Shown: piece by piece, positions 10,001-19,325 of the stretch
Layout of the letters: each line of letters opens with the position of its first letter
Numbering within the stretch: the stretch's first letter is position 1
DNA from: Myxococcota bacterium
GTDB lineage: Bacteria > Myxococcota_A > Polyangia > Nannocystales > Nannocystaceae
NCBI GenBank assembly: GCA_039028615.1
Contig: JBCCHT010000007.1
Location: 32,001 to 96,000, forward strand
Direction: 5' to 3'
DNA: 64,000 nt
Program-made: the position numbers and the translations under genes
Notes under the pieces: model-generated
What the model was told of the DNA's origin: nothing
Database searches by the model: none
Seen by the model: the letters and a program-made list of their open reading frames with translations, nothing else

Positions 10001-11111
10001 AGCCAAGGGCAACGACGCGCCCGCCAACACCAAGACGACCGCGCTGACGGTGTGGCAAAAGCTCGAGTACACACTCACCGCGATGAAGCAGAGCAACGGG
10101 ACGGACGACTACGGCGACTACGCCAACGAACCCAACTTCATTGCGCAATACCAGGCGGCGAAGATCAAAATCAGCAAGAAGGGCGGCAAGCACGTGGTCG
10201 CCCACAAGAACATCCTGGACATCAACGATGCGGTGGGCTCCTGGTGGAACACCAACGGCCAGGCCTCCGTCGACCGGGTCTTCAACTTGTTGTTCTGCGA
10301 CAACATCACCACCGGGGTCGCCCCGGTCGAAAAGACGATCGAGAACCCGGCGTTCCCCAATGCCACCAGCGAGCTCGACGGCATCTACGACCTGAGCGAC
10401 TGGCGGGGGGCTGGGCCAGCGAGAGTCCAGAAGAAAGACGGAACATTCCTGTCGAACATCGACAACACGAAGGTCAAACTCGCCTACTCAGGCCCCTGCA
10501 AATACGAGCTCAGCGTCGATCTCACCGGAGCGGCCAACGTCTCTGGGGTCCCCACCGACCAGCTCATCATCTACGTTCCGATCAAGGAGTACTCGGCGAT
10601 CTCGGGCTGCGCCTCGGCCACCGCCCCGGTCACCTGCATCGGCGTCCGGCTGCGTCAGCAGGCCGAGGCCCCCGGAAACTCGACCTCCGACTCCGCCAAC
10701 AACACCATGTGGCACGAAGTCGGGCACTACATGGGCCTGACCGCGATGAAGGTTCCGGTCCCGAATGCGAGCCTCACGGGCGGCAAGGAGCTCAACGTCT
10801 ACTGGTACCAGGGGATCTCGGGTTCCGGTACCAACTACAATGAAATGAGCCAGAGCGTCGCCAGCACCATGGGTACGTTCTTCTTCGGGGCCGCGATCGG
10901 CGTCGGAGACCACTGCCGAAACGACAGTACGGGCTGGAACTACGGCCCGTGGTGGATCAACAACCCGCTCGTTCAGCCCCACACGCCCAAGTGCATCATG
11001 TTTCACGCGCTGACGAATCCCCCGATCTTGAACTACTGCTCGACCTGCATCGACGCCCTCAAGGCCCGGGATCTCTCGCTGTCGAACGTTGCGGGGTCCG
11101 CTGACTTCTAG
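7077..11111 (+). CDS. 1344-aa protein with about 5 tandem beta-rich repeats and a C-terminal HEXXH zinc-metallopeptidase-like domain
   Basis: Long ORF with coding-like codon use; HEVGH at aa ~1213, then CIMFH and YCSTC; no N-terminal signal peptide. Confidence 0.85.
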   Translation: MPNTVTPKVTIASGKLWFDPAGQRIKPTKVEFSVTQSAHDPADPYPGGGTIVRSAGNISLYRDADRKDEIVFAENRARVTHDELFAGNGTSKTFTAYVSATAESGVQKTKLSLELDPLDTSELKKTNFTTRTVEDRFTVATNDPGSSVELELETAALIAPELKIGSAVDPEVRALSAKPYLPISCTAGPKPALPLKYEDDATLELSPSDADILVFADEKGKTAVPVVDGKITVPNAELMAAKTYWLAAGPKAKTADVNLTLSLPVQSNPSSLVALGPACKRIRSAQQNTVKPVIGVQFPDELEGALWFPGPKSVAPPTVTLHIDQSNQEHAPYLGHGLLTRSSSALTVYWDARLEAPIEFYDDKLVLENAVLTGKDPLTLYLVGSKADDVTLSLSLYDPKLSTIAIAETSVSASVPIQAVNIVTPHIEYEGPIVRSQLTPVRIFVTQTDEAKAPYRGKATLVRDNQDLQFFAGKSDGKGTNPLFSGSEATAVVPDITGTTTYYAQWNGEQTPAKRVRPSLELQAASSAVIITDPSTQLAPPPPRPTFSPPIIEHSNIIKPVIDTDYDVLPLWSIAQIGAEKAAPIKARIHVEQTAEAVRYEQDGILTRTSANLQVFLDAECTCELSFNASNEARVPNAWLVDTKKVYYLRGVTAGACSLTLQPLPPKAEFPAPPAISVQPAELKKDLAVTKLTLQVWRDDGTQASAKMSTREQRLRGRFVTVKDPSKPLGRAKVVIEKVDVSAWPASAKDHQVMLSVEPAISGKNIIELYDQSTGGKVCAQAGTSLLLSKAEASSEDKVVWAQGKEASGTIRDVRLSLGLFRTDADPLTVPPLENADWATMTSVAIEKVTPQSAGWEQYVNQPPDRAKTFNDESVPEFHNGRQILVTATTKPARAGIPVDLVLWGFDGNGAAASTDPRTPLVGNDLKAQTTHVAASTDVNGRASARLKLSRYGGDQFYAVAFLSDDAKEGMSKYGAKGNDAPANTKTTALTVWQKLEYTLTAMKQSNGTDDYGDYANEPNFIAQYQAAKIKISKKGGKHVVAHKNILDINDAVGSWWNTNGQASVDRVFNLLFCDNITTGVAPVEKTIENPAFPNATSELDGIYDLSDWRGAGPARVQKKDGTFLSNIDNTKVKLAYSGPCKYELSVDLTGAANVSGVPTDQLIIYVPIKEYSAISGCASATAPVTCIGVRLRQQAEAPGNSTSDSANNTMWHEVGHYMGLTAMKVPVPNASLTGGKELNVYWYQGISGSGTNYNEMSQSVASTMGTFFFGAAIGVGDHCRNDSTGWNYGPWWINNPLVQPHTPKCIMFHALTNPPILNYCSTCIDALKARDLSLSNVAGSADF

Positions 11112-11121
11112 GAGCTTCTCC

Positions 11122-12039
11122 ATGCCCTCGGACACGCCCATCGACATCCCTTCGGTCGTCTGGTTCTCGCAGACCCCGTCGTCCCCCACGCTCTCGACGA
11201 CGGCCTTCGCCGATCTGAAGCTCGCCTCCGCCCCGGCCCAAAGCCCCACCGGCCCCACCGTCGCGCTGCTGGGTAGCTACCGGCTCGGGTGGCCCTACGT
11301 CGAGCTCTACCCCAACCAGCTGCCCAAGCCGATCCTCATCGTCGCGGTCTCCACGACCACGGGAGAGGTGTTCTCCAACGACCTGGACGCCTACGATCCT
11401 CGCATTCAGCCTACCGCCATCGGCCCCGCCATCGCCGACACCAAAGCCAACGCGGCCGGCCCCGCGCGCAATATCCCGGGCACGGCCGGCTACTTCAACG
11501 TGGATCTCGGCGCCCGCCTGAGCCTCCCGCCCGAGGCCGGGTACTACCAGGTCTTCGCCTGGCTCGACGACCTCGTGACCCCCATCCTCACCGTTCAGGT
11601 CCCCGCCAATGAAAACCGGCGTGCGGTCGATCCATCGTTCAACCAGGTCAAATCGGAGGGGCTGGTCACCATCGAGGATTCCAGCCATTCCCCCAACCCC
11701 AAAGACGGCGAGATCCGTACCGATCTCGAGTTCACGAAGGGTTCATCGTACCGGGTCTACGCCACGCTGCCTCCGGGCGCGCTCCAGACTCCCCCCGTGG
11801 GCTCGGCCCCCGGGAGCCCGATCTTGAGCGTCATGACCTTCAACCGCCAGATGCGACAGTTCGCCTGGTGGAGTTCGAGCACCGCGTACTCGACCATGGT
11901 CTCGAAGTCGACGGACACCTTCGACTTCGACCCCTTTGGCCTGCAGCCGCGACCCAACCCGGCCGCCAACGTCTACGTGGTCACCGCCCTGGGCAACCTG
12001 CGCAACGACGTGCTGCCGATCTTCGTCGAGTACCAATGA
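11122..12039 (+). CDS. Hypothetical protein, coupled partner of the upstream peptidase-like gene
   Basis: ATG 10 nt after the upstream stop, preceded by GGAG; 305 aa; no recognisable catalytic motif. Confidence 0.8.
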   Translation: MPSDTPIDIPSVVWFSQTPSSPTLSTTAFADLKLASAPAQSPTGPTVALLGSYRLGWPYVELYPNQLPKPILIVAVSTTTGEVFSNDLDAYDPRIQPTAIGPAIADTKANAAGPARNIPGTAGYFNVDLGARLSLPPEAGYYQVFAWLDDLVTPILTVQVPANENRRAVDPSFNQVKSEGLVTIEDSSHSPNPKDGEIRTDLEFTKGSSYRVYATLPPGALQTPPVGSAPGSPILSVMTFNRQMRQFAWWSSSTAYSTMVSKSTDTFDFDPFGLQPRPNPAANVYVVTALGNLRNDVLPIFVEYQ

Positions 12040-12089
12040 CACGCTGCCCGCGGGCGAGGACGACCCCTCCCTCGGGTTCGGCCACGGCA

Positions 12090-12668
12090 TCAGTGCGGGG
12101 CCCAGTCGAACAAGCCGCTCCAGTCGGGCGGTGACGGGACCGGCTCGCCGTTGGGGCCCACCACGACGAGCTTGCCTGCGCTCGTGTCCCAGACGAGCTC
12201 GGCTTCGTGCTTGCACGTGACGCCGGGGGCTCTCGGGACGCGATGGGCCCAGAAGCTACCGGACGGGGCCACCCACAGGGTTCGCTCGCAGAACAGGCCC
12301 CCCTCGTAGAGGTACGCGGTGCCGCGACCTCCGGGCAGGCGGAGCGAGTCGGCGTAGGTGGAGCCGAAGAGGAACTCGGGATCCGAGGTCACGACCCCCG
12401 CGACCCCACCGAGCACGAGCACGACATGGGCCAAGCCCACGACGACCTTGACCCACCGACGGTGGTCCCCGCGAACGAAGGCCCATCCCGAGCCGACGGC
12501 CAAGACGGCAAAGACCGCGAGCAACAGCCAGGGCAGCGCCGCAAAGCTCGGCGTGGGCCGGATATTGGGCCCCTGGAGGCCAAAGCTCAGATGGACCCCC
12601 ACCCCCACCAAAACCGCCGCCACTCCAAAGAGCAACCGTCGCCATGGTCGGAGCTTGCCCACTGACAA
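12090..12668 (-). CDS. Hypothetical membrane protein
   Basis: Three hydrophobic helices followed by a small soluble domain; start uncertain (TTG). Confidence 0.65.
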   Translation of the reverse strand: MSVGKLRPWRRLLFGVAAVLVGVGVHLSFGLQGPNIRPTPSFAALPWLLLAVFAVLAVGSGWAFVRGDHRRWVKVVVGLAHVVLVLGGVAGVVTSDPEFLFGSTYADSLRLPGGRGTAYLYEGGLFCERTLWVAPSGSFWAHRVPRAPGVTCKHEAELVWDTSAGKLVVVGPNGEPVPSPPDWSGLFDWAPH

Positions 12669-12716
12669 TCAGCGTAGCACGTCGAATGCGCGCTCGATCG
12701 TTGTTAGCCTCCGTCC

Positions 12717-14810
12717 ATGACCGCGACGGCCCCCTCCGCCGCCGATCCAGCGCCGCCGTGGAGTCGCGCCGCGTGGATCTGGCTGGTGGTCGTCACGGTG
12801 GTGGCCGCCGCGCTGATCATCCCGGGGCTCGGCGACGGCACCATGCGCCCCTACGACGAGGGCTTGTACGGCAAGCTCGCCCGCAACGCCCTCGAGTACG
12901 ACGTGCTGCTGCACGCCGTCGACACCGAGGGTCAGCTCTACGACGGCTTCACCAAGCCTCCGCTCACCATCGCGCTGGTGGTCGGCTCGTTTCAGACCTT
13001 CGGCGTCTCGCTCTTCGCCCTGCGGCTGCCCTTTGCGATCGCCATGCTCGGCCTGGTCATGGTCGCGTTCGCGTGGGGGCGACGGATCGCGGGCATCCCG
13101 ATGGCGGTGACGTGGGCGGGCACGCTACTGCTGGTCTCCGCCACCACTCGCTGGGGCCGCGTGGCGTGCATCGAGCCGATGCTGATGTTGTGGATCACGA
13201 TGGGCCTGTGGGCCTACCACGAAGCCCTGCTCGCCCCCGGACGCAAGGCCCTGCGCTGGGCGATCGTGGCCGGGCTCGCGCTGGCGATGGCCGTCGCCAC
13301 CAAGCAGCTCGTCGTCGCCATCGCCATCGCGCCGATCCTCGGGCTCGAGCTGTGGCGTCGCGACGGTCGCTCGGCTCTGCGGCGCCTCGCCGTCGTGCTC
13401 GGCCTCCCGCTGCTGGCGGGCGGCACCTGGGTGGCTCTGATGCTCGCCCGTCACGGTGCATCCACCTTCGAGATCTACCTGCGTACGGGCGTGCTGCGCC
13501 GGGTCAGCGGGTTTTCGTCGGGCCACAGCGCCCGCTCCCTCAACGAGCTGACCGGGGTCGTCGCCGAAGCCTGCGCGCCCTTTCCCTGGGTGCTGGGCCT
13601 GGCCGGCCTGGTGGTGCTGTTGCTGGCCCGACGTCCACGGCCGCGGCACGCCGACGGCGCTCTGCTGCTCCCGCTGTTGCTGGTGGTCGCGATCGTCGTC
13701 TACGACAACGCATCGCAGTCGCTGCTGCCCTGGTACGCCTTCGATCTCGTGGTGCCGCTGACCGGGGGCATCGCGTTCATGGTGGCGGGTCTGGTGGTGC
13801 CGACCCAGGGTGACGCGCTCGCCATCATTCGAAGTGCCGGGGGAGCGCTGGTCCTCGCCGCGGGGGCCGTGACCGCGCTGGCCTCCACCGCACCGCAGCT
13901 CGACCTGGCCCTGCTCGCCGCCGCGGCCACCGTCGCGCTGCTGCTGGTCGACGCCGAGCGCCACCCTCGGCTGCGCCGAAACCTCCGCCATGGCCTGCTC
14001 GCCGCCGCCGCCCTCGCCCTGTTTGCGGGCGACCTTCGCCGCCCCGAGCGTCGCCCCGCCACCGGGGGCCACGAACAGCTCATGGAGGAGTTCGCCCGGC
14101 GCGGCATCGGGTTGGTGCAGGCCAATCTCAACACCAAGGCCGCGGGCGAGCACTCGTGGGGCACCTACTACGGTCCGCGGGCGCAGCTGGTGAAGCGACC
14201 GCCCTGGGGTCGCAACCAACCGCCTGCCGATGCCTACGTCACCGCCACCATCTGGCCGCGGGAGTACGAGGCGCCGCCGGACGTCGAGCTGATCCGCGTG
14301 CCGGGGCTGATGGCCTTGGTCGGCAACCTCGATGAACCGCCCTGGCGCTACTCCACGCTGGTCGACCTGCTGAAGGAAGGCCCCGTCACCTTCGAGGCCG
14401 AGGACCTGCCCAGCTCGCGCGACGACGTGCTCGTGCACGATCCCCAGGCCTCGGGCGAGGCCGCCAAGGCGCTCGTCCCCTACGCCAGCATTCGAGACAA
14501 GGCCTTCTTGCTCAGCCACGGCCCGGGCCTACGATTCTTGCGGGGCGACTACCAAGCCGAGTTCTGGCTCCAGTGGCACTGCCCGGGCACCAACGACCGA
14601 CCGGCGGCCATCCTCCACATCAACGCCGGCCGCGAGAAGATCAGCAAGGTCGAGGTGCCGTGCCGCAAGCAGGCCCCCACCGACTACGAGCCAGTGACCA
14701 TCGACTTCGAGCTACCCCGCGCGGGCAAGCTTGAGCTGCGCGTGCAGTACGTGTTCGGCGAGGTCTGGCACGACCGCACCTTGGTCCGCCAGCTCCAGGG
14801 CGATGGCTAG
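12717..14810 (+). CDS. ArnT/PMT-like GT-C glycosyltransferase with C-terminal carbohydrate-binding-like domain
   Basis: YDEGLY in the first loop, KPPL, LRLP, many TM helices, ATKQ; C-terminal VTFEAEDL...GDYQAEF. Confidence 0.8.
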   Translation: MTATAPSAADPAPPWSRAAWIWLVVVTVVAAALIIPGLGDGTMRPYDEGLYGKLARNALEYDVLLHAVDTEGQLYDGFTKPPLTIALVVGSFQTFGVSLFALRLPFAIAMLGLVMVAFAWGRRIAGIPMAVTWAGTLLLVSATTRWGRVACIEPMLMLWITMGLWAYHEALLAPGRKALRWAIVAGLALAMAVATKQLVVAIAIAPILGLELWRRDGRSALRRLAVVLGLPLLAGGTWVALMLARHGASTFEIYLRTGVLRRVSGFSSGHSARSLNELTGVVAEACAPFPWVLGLAGLVVLLLARRPRPRHADGALLLPLLLVVAIVVYDNASQSLLPWYAFDLVVPLTGGIAFMVAGLVVPTQGDALAIIRSAGGALVLAAGAVTALASTAPQLDLALLAAAATVALLLVDAERHPRLRRNLRHGLLAAAALALFAGDLRRPERRPATGGHEQLMEEFARRGIGLVQANLNTKAAGEHSWGTYYGPRAQLVKRPPWGRNQPPADAYVTATIWPREYEAPPDVELIRVPGLMALVGNLDEPPWRYSTLVDLLKEGPVTFEAEDLPSSRDDVLVHDPQASGEAAKALVPYASIRDKAFLLSHGPGLRFLRGDYQAEFWLQWHCPGTNDRPAAILHINAGREKISKVEVPCRKQAPTDYEPVTIDFELPRAGKLELRVQYVFGEVWHDRTLVRQLQGDG

Positions 14811-15604
14811 AAGCGGCGGCCGATGGTGACGCCGGTCCAGCGACGACCCACCTGCGGCGTCATCTGCCACGCCGTCTCGTCTTGCTTGTTCTTGCGCGCC
14901 ACCAGGAAGTAGCGCACGGCACCGCCCGCCGCCAACGCGACGCCGATGGACAGCGCCGCCGCCCCGCCGTTGCGTAGCGAGGTCGCCCGGTCGCGCTCGG
15001 CCAGGTACTCGGAGTGCGAGCCCAGGTCGCTGGCGCCCCGGGCCGATGACGATGCCACCGCGAGCAGCCCGATCCCCACGCCGATGCCCACGACCCCGGC
15101 TCCGCTGAGCGCTCCGCCCACCGGATCGAGATACCAAGCCTTGGCCTTGGGCTCGTCGTCCTCGACCTTGGGCGGCGGGACGACCTCTTCTTCGGGCTCG
15201 GGTTCCGGCTCGAGCTCGTCTTCGTCGTCGTCGACGATCACCTCGTCGTCATCGTCGTCGATGATCTCGACCTCTTCGGCCGCATCGATCTCTTCTTGGC
15301 ACCGGTCCATGTTCTCGGTGGCGGGGCCCACGAGTTGCTCGGGGGGCTCCGAGTCCAGGAACCGGCGATAGAGCTGTACGGCCGCCTCGCAGTTGCCCTG
15401 GCTACGCTCGGCCTGCGCCCACGGGTACAGGAGCATCGGCTTGGGCTCGATGAGATAGGCGGCCTCGACCGCCGCCGCGGCGGCAGCGAAGTCTTGGGCC
15501 TTGAACGCGTCCTGGGCCTCCTGGAACTTGGCCTGGGCCTCGGGGTTGGACAGCAGCTGGCCGGGGCCAGCCAAGGCGAACAACAAGGGAAGGAGCGAGA
15601 ACAT
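14807..15604 (-). CDS. Exported TPR protein with acidic linker and C-terminal membrane segments
   Basis: Signal peptide, TPR-like helices (FQEAQDAFKAQDF...AVQLYRRFL), D/E/P linker, two Gly-rich hydrophobic segments, terminal ...TGVTIGRRF. Confidence 0.8.
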   Translation of the reverse strand: MFSLLPLLFALAGPGQLLSNPEAQAKFQEAQDAFKAQDFAAAAAAVEAAYLIEPKPMLLYPWAQAERSQGNCEAAVQLYRRFLDSEPPEQLVGPATENMDRCQEEIDAAEEVEIIDDDDDEVIVDDDEDELEPEPEPEEEVVPPPKVEDDEPKAKAWYLDPVGGALSGAGVVGIGVGIGLLAVASSSARGASDLGSHSEYLAERDRATSLRNGGAAALSIGVALAAGGAVRYFLVARKNKQDETAWQMTPQVGRRWTGVTIGRRF

Positions 15605-15609
15605 GAAGC

Positions 15610-17379
15610 TCAACCACCAAAGCCCGGCATGAATGCGTCGAGATCGGGCTCTTTCTTCTTCTTGGTGCGGGGCGTCGTCGTGGGCCGCGCCTTGGGATTG
15701 CGCTTGGCCTTGGGCTTGCTCGGGCTGTCGTCTTCGATGACGAGGTCGTCGTCCTCGGAGTCGTCGATGACGGCGGCGTCGGCCACCGCCGGATCGGCGG
15801 CAGCGGGATCGACCTCATCGGCCGCGGGCTCGGCCGCGTCGGCGTCGGGCTCGGCCGCATCGGCGTCGGGCTCGGCCGCATCGGCTTCGGCCGGGTCGGC
15901 CTCGGGTTCGGCGGCATCGGCCACGGGCTCGGCCGCCACCGGCTGTGCGGGCTCGGCGGGTGCCTCGGCTTTGGCCGTGCTGGGCGCAGCTGCTCGAGCC
16001 GCGGCAGCCTCCGCCTTCTCGAGCTGAGACGCGGCGGCGTCGGCCTTCGCTTGGGATCCTTCGTCGTCGCTGGCGCCACGCCCACCGAGCCACAAGCCCA
16101 GCACCAGCACCAAGGCGAGCGCCGCGACGGAGCCCAACGCGATGGCCACGCTGCGCAGCGCCTTGCCCCGCGGCTCGGGCTCCAAGATCTTGCTGCCGTC
16201 CCGGCCCGCCGAGGTGCCGATCGACGCCCCGGTCAGCGAAGAGCCGCCCAGGATCTGACTGCCGAAGCTCCCAGTGGCCCCGGTGACCTGCGAGTGTCGC
16301 GAGACGCCCGTGCCCGGAATCGAGGGCTGCGAGCCGACCATGGCGCTGATCTCCGCCAGGGTCGCGGGCGACATCTGCCCCTTGCCGCTGCTGCCCCGCA
16401 GCGCCCCCCAGGGGAAGGGCTGCGGGCGAAACAGGTAGTGCATCAGCTCGCTGAGCGCACTGGGCGTGGCCCGCAGGCGGTGCTCACATACGAAGCGCTC
16501 GAGGTCGACCTGGAGCTCGCGAGCACTCTGGTAGCGCTGGTCGATGTTGACCGTCAGCGCCTTCATGATGATGTGCTCGAGCTGCGGCGGGATGTCGGCA
16601 CGCAGCGTGCTCGGCCGCTTGATCTCGCCGTGCACGATGAGGTTCATGACCCCGAACTCGTTGTCGCCTTCGAAGAGGCGCTCGCCGGTCACCGCCTCCC
16701 ACAGCACGATGCCGAGCGAGAACACGTCGCTGCGGCGATCGATCTTCTCTGCCCGGCACTGCTCGGGCGACATATAGGGCACCTTGCCCTTGCGCGTACC
16801 TGCCCGGGTGACGTCGGTGCGGGTGACCACCTTGGCGATGCCGAAGTCGGCCACCTTGACCCCGCCGTCGTAGGTGATCATCACGTTGGTGGGCGAGACG
16901 TCGCGGTGGACGATGCCCAGCGGGCGCCCGTCGAAGCCCACCCGCTCGTGCGCGCACTGCAGGCCAGCGGCCACACCGAGGCCGATGGTGGCCACGTTCT
17001 CGATGGAGAGCACCTGCTCGACCTTGCGCAGCGCCTTGAGCAGGCCCTGGAGGTTCTCGCCGTAGACGAACTCCATCGTGAAGAAGTACTCGCCCTCCTC
17101 TTTGCCCAGATCGAAGACCTGGACGATGTTCGGATGGTCGAGCAGCGCGGCCAGCCGCGCCTCCTCGAGGAACATCTTGACGAAGTGCTCGTCCGCCGAA
17201 AGGTGCGGCAGAATCTGCTTGAGGACGACGAGCTTCTGGAAGCCTTCGATGCCGTTGGCCCGCGCGAGGTGCACGTAGGCCATACCGCCAGAGCCTAGCC
17301 GCCGCAGCAGGTCATAGCCCCCCAACGTATCGGTCACCACCATGTCGGGGGCGACTTCAACGACTTCCGGTTCAGGCAT
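15610..17379 (-). CDS. Ser/Thr protein kinase with TM helix and acidic Ala-rich tail
   Basis: LGSGGMA, VLK, HRDVSPTN, DFG, YMSPEQ, DVFSLG motifs. Confidence 0.95.
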   Translation of the reverse strand: MPEPEVVEVAPDMVVTDTLGGYDLLRRLGSGGMAYVHLARANGIEGFQKLVVLKQILPHLSADEHFVKMFLEEARLAALLDHPNIVQVFDLGKEEGEYFFTMEFVYGENLQGLLKALRKVEQVLSIENVATIGLGVAAGLQCAHERVGFDGRPLGIVHRDVSPTNVMITYDGGVKVADFGIAKVVTRTDVTRAGTRKGKVPYMSPEQCRAEKIDRRSDVFSLGIVLWEAVTGERLFEGDNEFGVMNLIVHGEIKRPSTLRADIPPQLEHIIMKALTVNIDQRYQSARELQVDLERFVCEHRLRATPSALSELMHYLFRPQPFPWGALRGSSGKGQMSPATLAEISAMVGSQPSIPGTGVSRHSQVTGATGSFGSQILGGSSLTGASIGTSAGRDGSKILEPEPRGKALRSVAIALGSVAALALVLVLGLWLGGRGASDDEGSQAKADAAASQLEKAEAAAARAAAPSTAKAEAPAEPAQPVAAEPVADAAEPEADPAEADAAEPDADAAEPDADAAEPAADEVDPAAADPAVADAAVIDDSEDDDLVIEDDSPSKPKAKRNPKARPTTTPRTKKKKEPDLDAFMPGFGG

Positions 17380-17725
17380 CGTCCGACAATCCTATCGTGG
17401 GGTCGAGCGCGGCGACAAGGAAGTACGGCGCGCAAACCGAGTCGCAGGCGGTGATCGACGCCACGCTCGGCGATCTCTCGGCCCGCGGTCACCGACGTTG
17501 GGAATGGGTCCTTTGCCGCGAACGCAGGCTCCAGACCGAGCCAGTCGGGGGCCTGTGTACCCAACACGAGCGCGAGATCGATCGTCGGTGACATCGGTGC
17601 GACCGCAACGAAACGGGCCATACGCGAATGCCGGCCGAGTCTGGGCCGAGACGCGGACACGCGGCGGGCTGCAGTCGTGGCCGTACGCTGTGTTAGGCTG
17701 CCGCTCTACGCTTGGTGCATTTACC

Positions 17726-19315
17726 ATGAGCCGATCGACATCGGTGCCCACGACCCCGAGGCTTCAACCCCACCATGCACGCCGCTACGCGGCTCTGGCG
17801 GTTGTTTTCACGACTTCTGCCGCATTGTCGGCATGCCTGAACTTCAGCCCCTTCGGCTGCCAAGACGACACGGAGTGTGACTCCGAGGCGGAAGGGCGCT
17901 GCGAGGCGGTCGGGTATTGCAGCTATCCCGACACCTCGTGCGAGACCGGCTATCGCTTCGAATCCAATGCCGGAGACGGCGTGGGCGGCGAATGCGTATC
18001 GCTGGGGGGCAGCGGCACCGACCTGTCCAGCACGGGCAGCGACGACGTCGACGACCTCGACACCAACGACGATTCCACCGGCTCCACCACGGGCGACCCG
18101 TCGGCCACGAGCACGGACACCGAAGACGACGACACCACCACCGGAGGCGTGTGCGGAGGCGCAGGCGAAGAGTGCTGCGACGGCACCACCTGCGACGCCG
18201 GCCTCGCGTGCAACGAAGGCCTGTGCGGCTGCGTCACCGCCGTCTCGGTCGGCGATCGTCACAGCTGCGCAACGAAGCTCGACGGCAGCCTGTGGTGCTG
18301 GGGCGCCAACGACCTCGGCCAGATCGCCTCCGGCCTGCCCGAGATGTCGACCACCCCGGTCGAGGTCCCCGGCTTCGGTCCGGGCGCCGAGGCGCAGGCC
18401 GTCTCGGCGCGCAACCATACCTGTGCCATTCGCACCGGGGACATCGCCTCGTGCTGGGGCGACAACGGCAGCAACCAGGTCGACTTCGGCGCCGCGATCC
18501 CCTTCATCACCACGCCCACCGATGCCACCTGGGCCGCCCCCGCGATCCGCATCGGTGCCGGCGGCGGGCATACCTGCGTCGCGCGTACCGGTCTTCCCGC
18601 GATCTGCTGGGGGGACAACGCGCTGGGCCAAATCTCGGGCAAGGGCATGCCGGGGCGCAACAACGTCACGCTGCCCATGGGCTTCGAGCCCTCCGCCGTC
18701 GCGCTGGGTGACTCGCATAGCTGTGTCGCCGCGCTCACCGGCGAGCTGGTCTGCTGGGGCAACAACGGCGCGGGCCAGCTCGGCCTCGATCCGGCCGTGA
18801 CCCCGTCGACCGCTACCCCGAACGTCATCTCGATCACGCCCATCGGCGACGTGGTGGCGGGCTTCCAGCACACCTGTGCGCGGGCGGGCTCCGACGTGCT
18901 GTGCTGGGGTCGCAACGACCAAGGCCAGGTCGGCAACGGCACCCAGACGGACACCTTCACGCCGACGCCGGTCGTCTTCCCGCCGGGCACCGCCGCCATC
19001 ACCTCGGTGGTCGCAGGCGCGGACCAGACCTGTGCGATCACGGCCAACGGTGATCTGTTCTGCTGGGGCGGCAACCAAAACGACGAGCTGCTGCTGCCCA
19101 CCAACGAGATGGGCATCGACGCGTTCTCGCTGACCCCGGTCCGCATCGACCTCGACTTCGCGGTGGATCAGTTCGCCACCGGGCTGACCCACAGCTGTGC
19201 CCTGACCACCGCCGGCCAGGCGCTGTGCTGGGGCGAAAACGACGATGGCGAGCTCGGCGACGGCACCACCACCGATGCTGGCGCCCCCACCCCCGTTTCG
19301 ATCAGCTGCCCCTGA
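17726..19315 (+). CDS. RCC1-repeat lipoprotein
   Basis: Lipobox LSAC, Cys-rich N-terminus, seven H(S/T)C...CWGxNxxGQ-type repeats. Confidence 0.9.
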   Translation: MSRSTSVPTTPRLQPHHARRYAALAVVFTTSAALSACLNFSPFGCQDDTECDSEAEGRCEAVGYCSYPDTSCETGYRFESNAGDGVGGECVSLGGSGTDLSSTGSDDVDDLDTNDDSTGSTTGDPSATSTDTEDDDTTTGGVCGGAGEECCDGTTCDAGLACNEGLCGCVTAVSVGDRHSCATKLDGSLWCWGANDLGQIASGLPEMSTTPVEVPGFGPGAEAQAVSARNHTCAIRTGDIASCWGDNGSNQVDFGAAIPFITTPTDATWAAPAIRIGAGGGHTCVARTGLPAICWGDNALGQISGKGMPGRNNVTLPMGFEPSAVALGDSHSCVAALTGELVCWGNNGAGQLGLDPAVTPSTATPNVISITPIGDVVAGFQHTCARAGSDVLCWGRNDQGQVGNGTQTDTFTPTPVVFPPGTAAITSVVAGADQTCAITANGDLFCWGGNQNDELLLPTNEMGIDAFSLTPVRIDLDFAVDQFATGLTHSCALTTAGQALCWGENDDGELGDGTTTDAGAPTPVSISCP

Positions 19316-19325
19316 GGAGGGTCCC

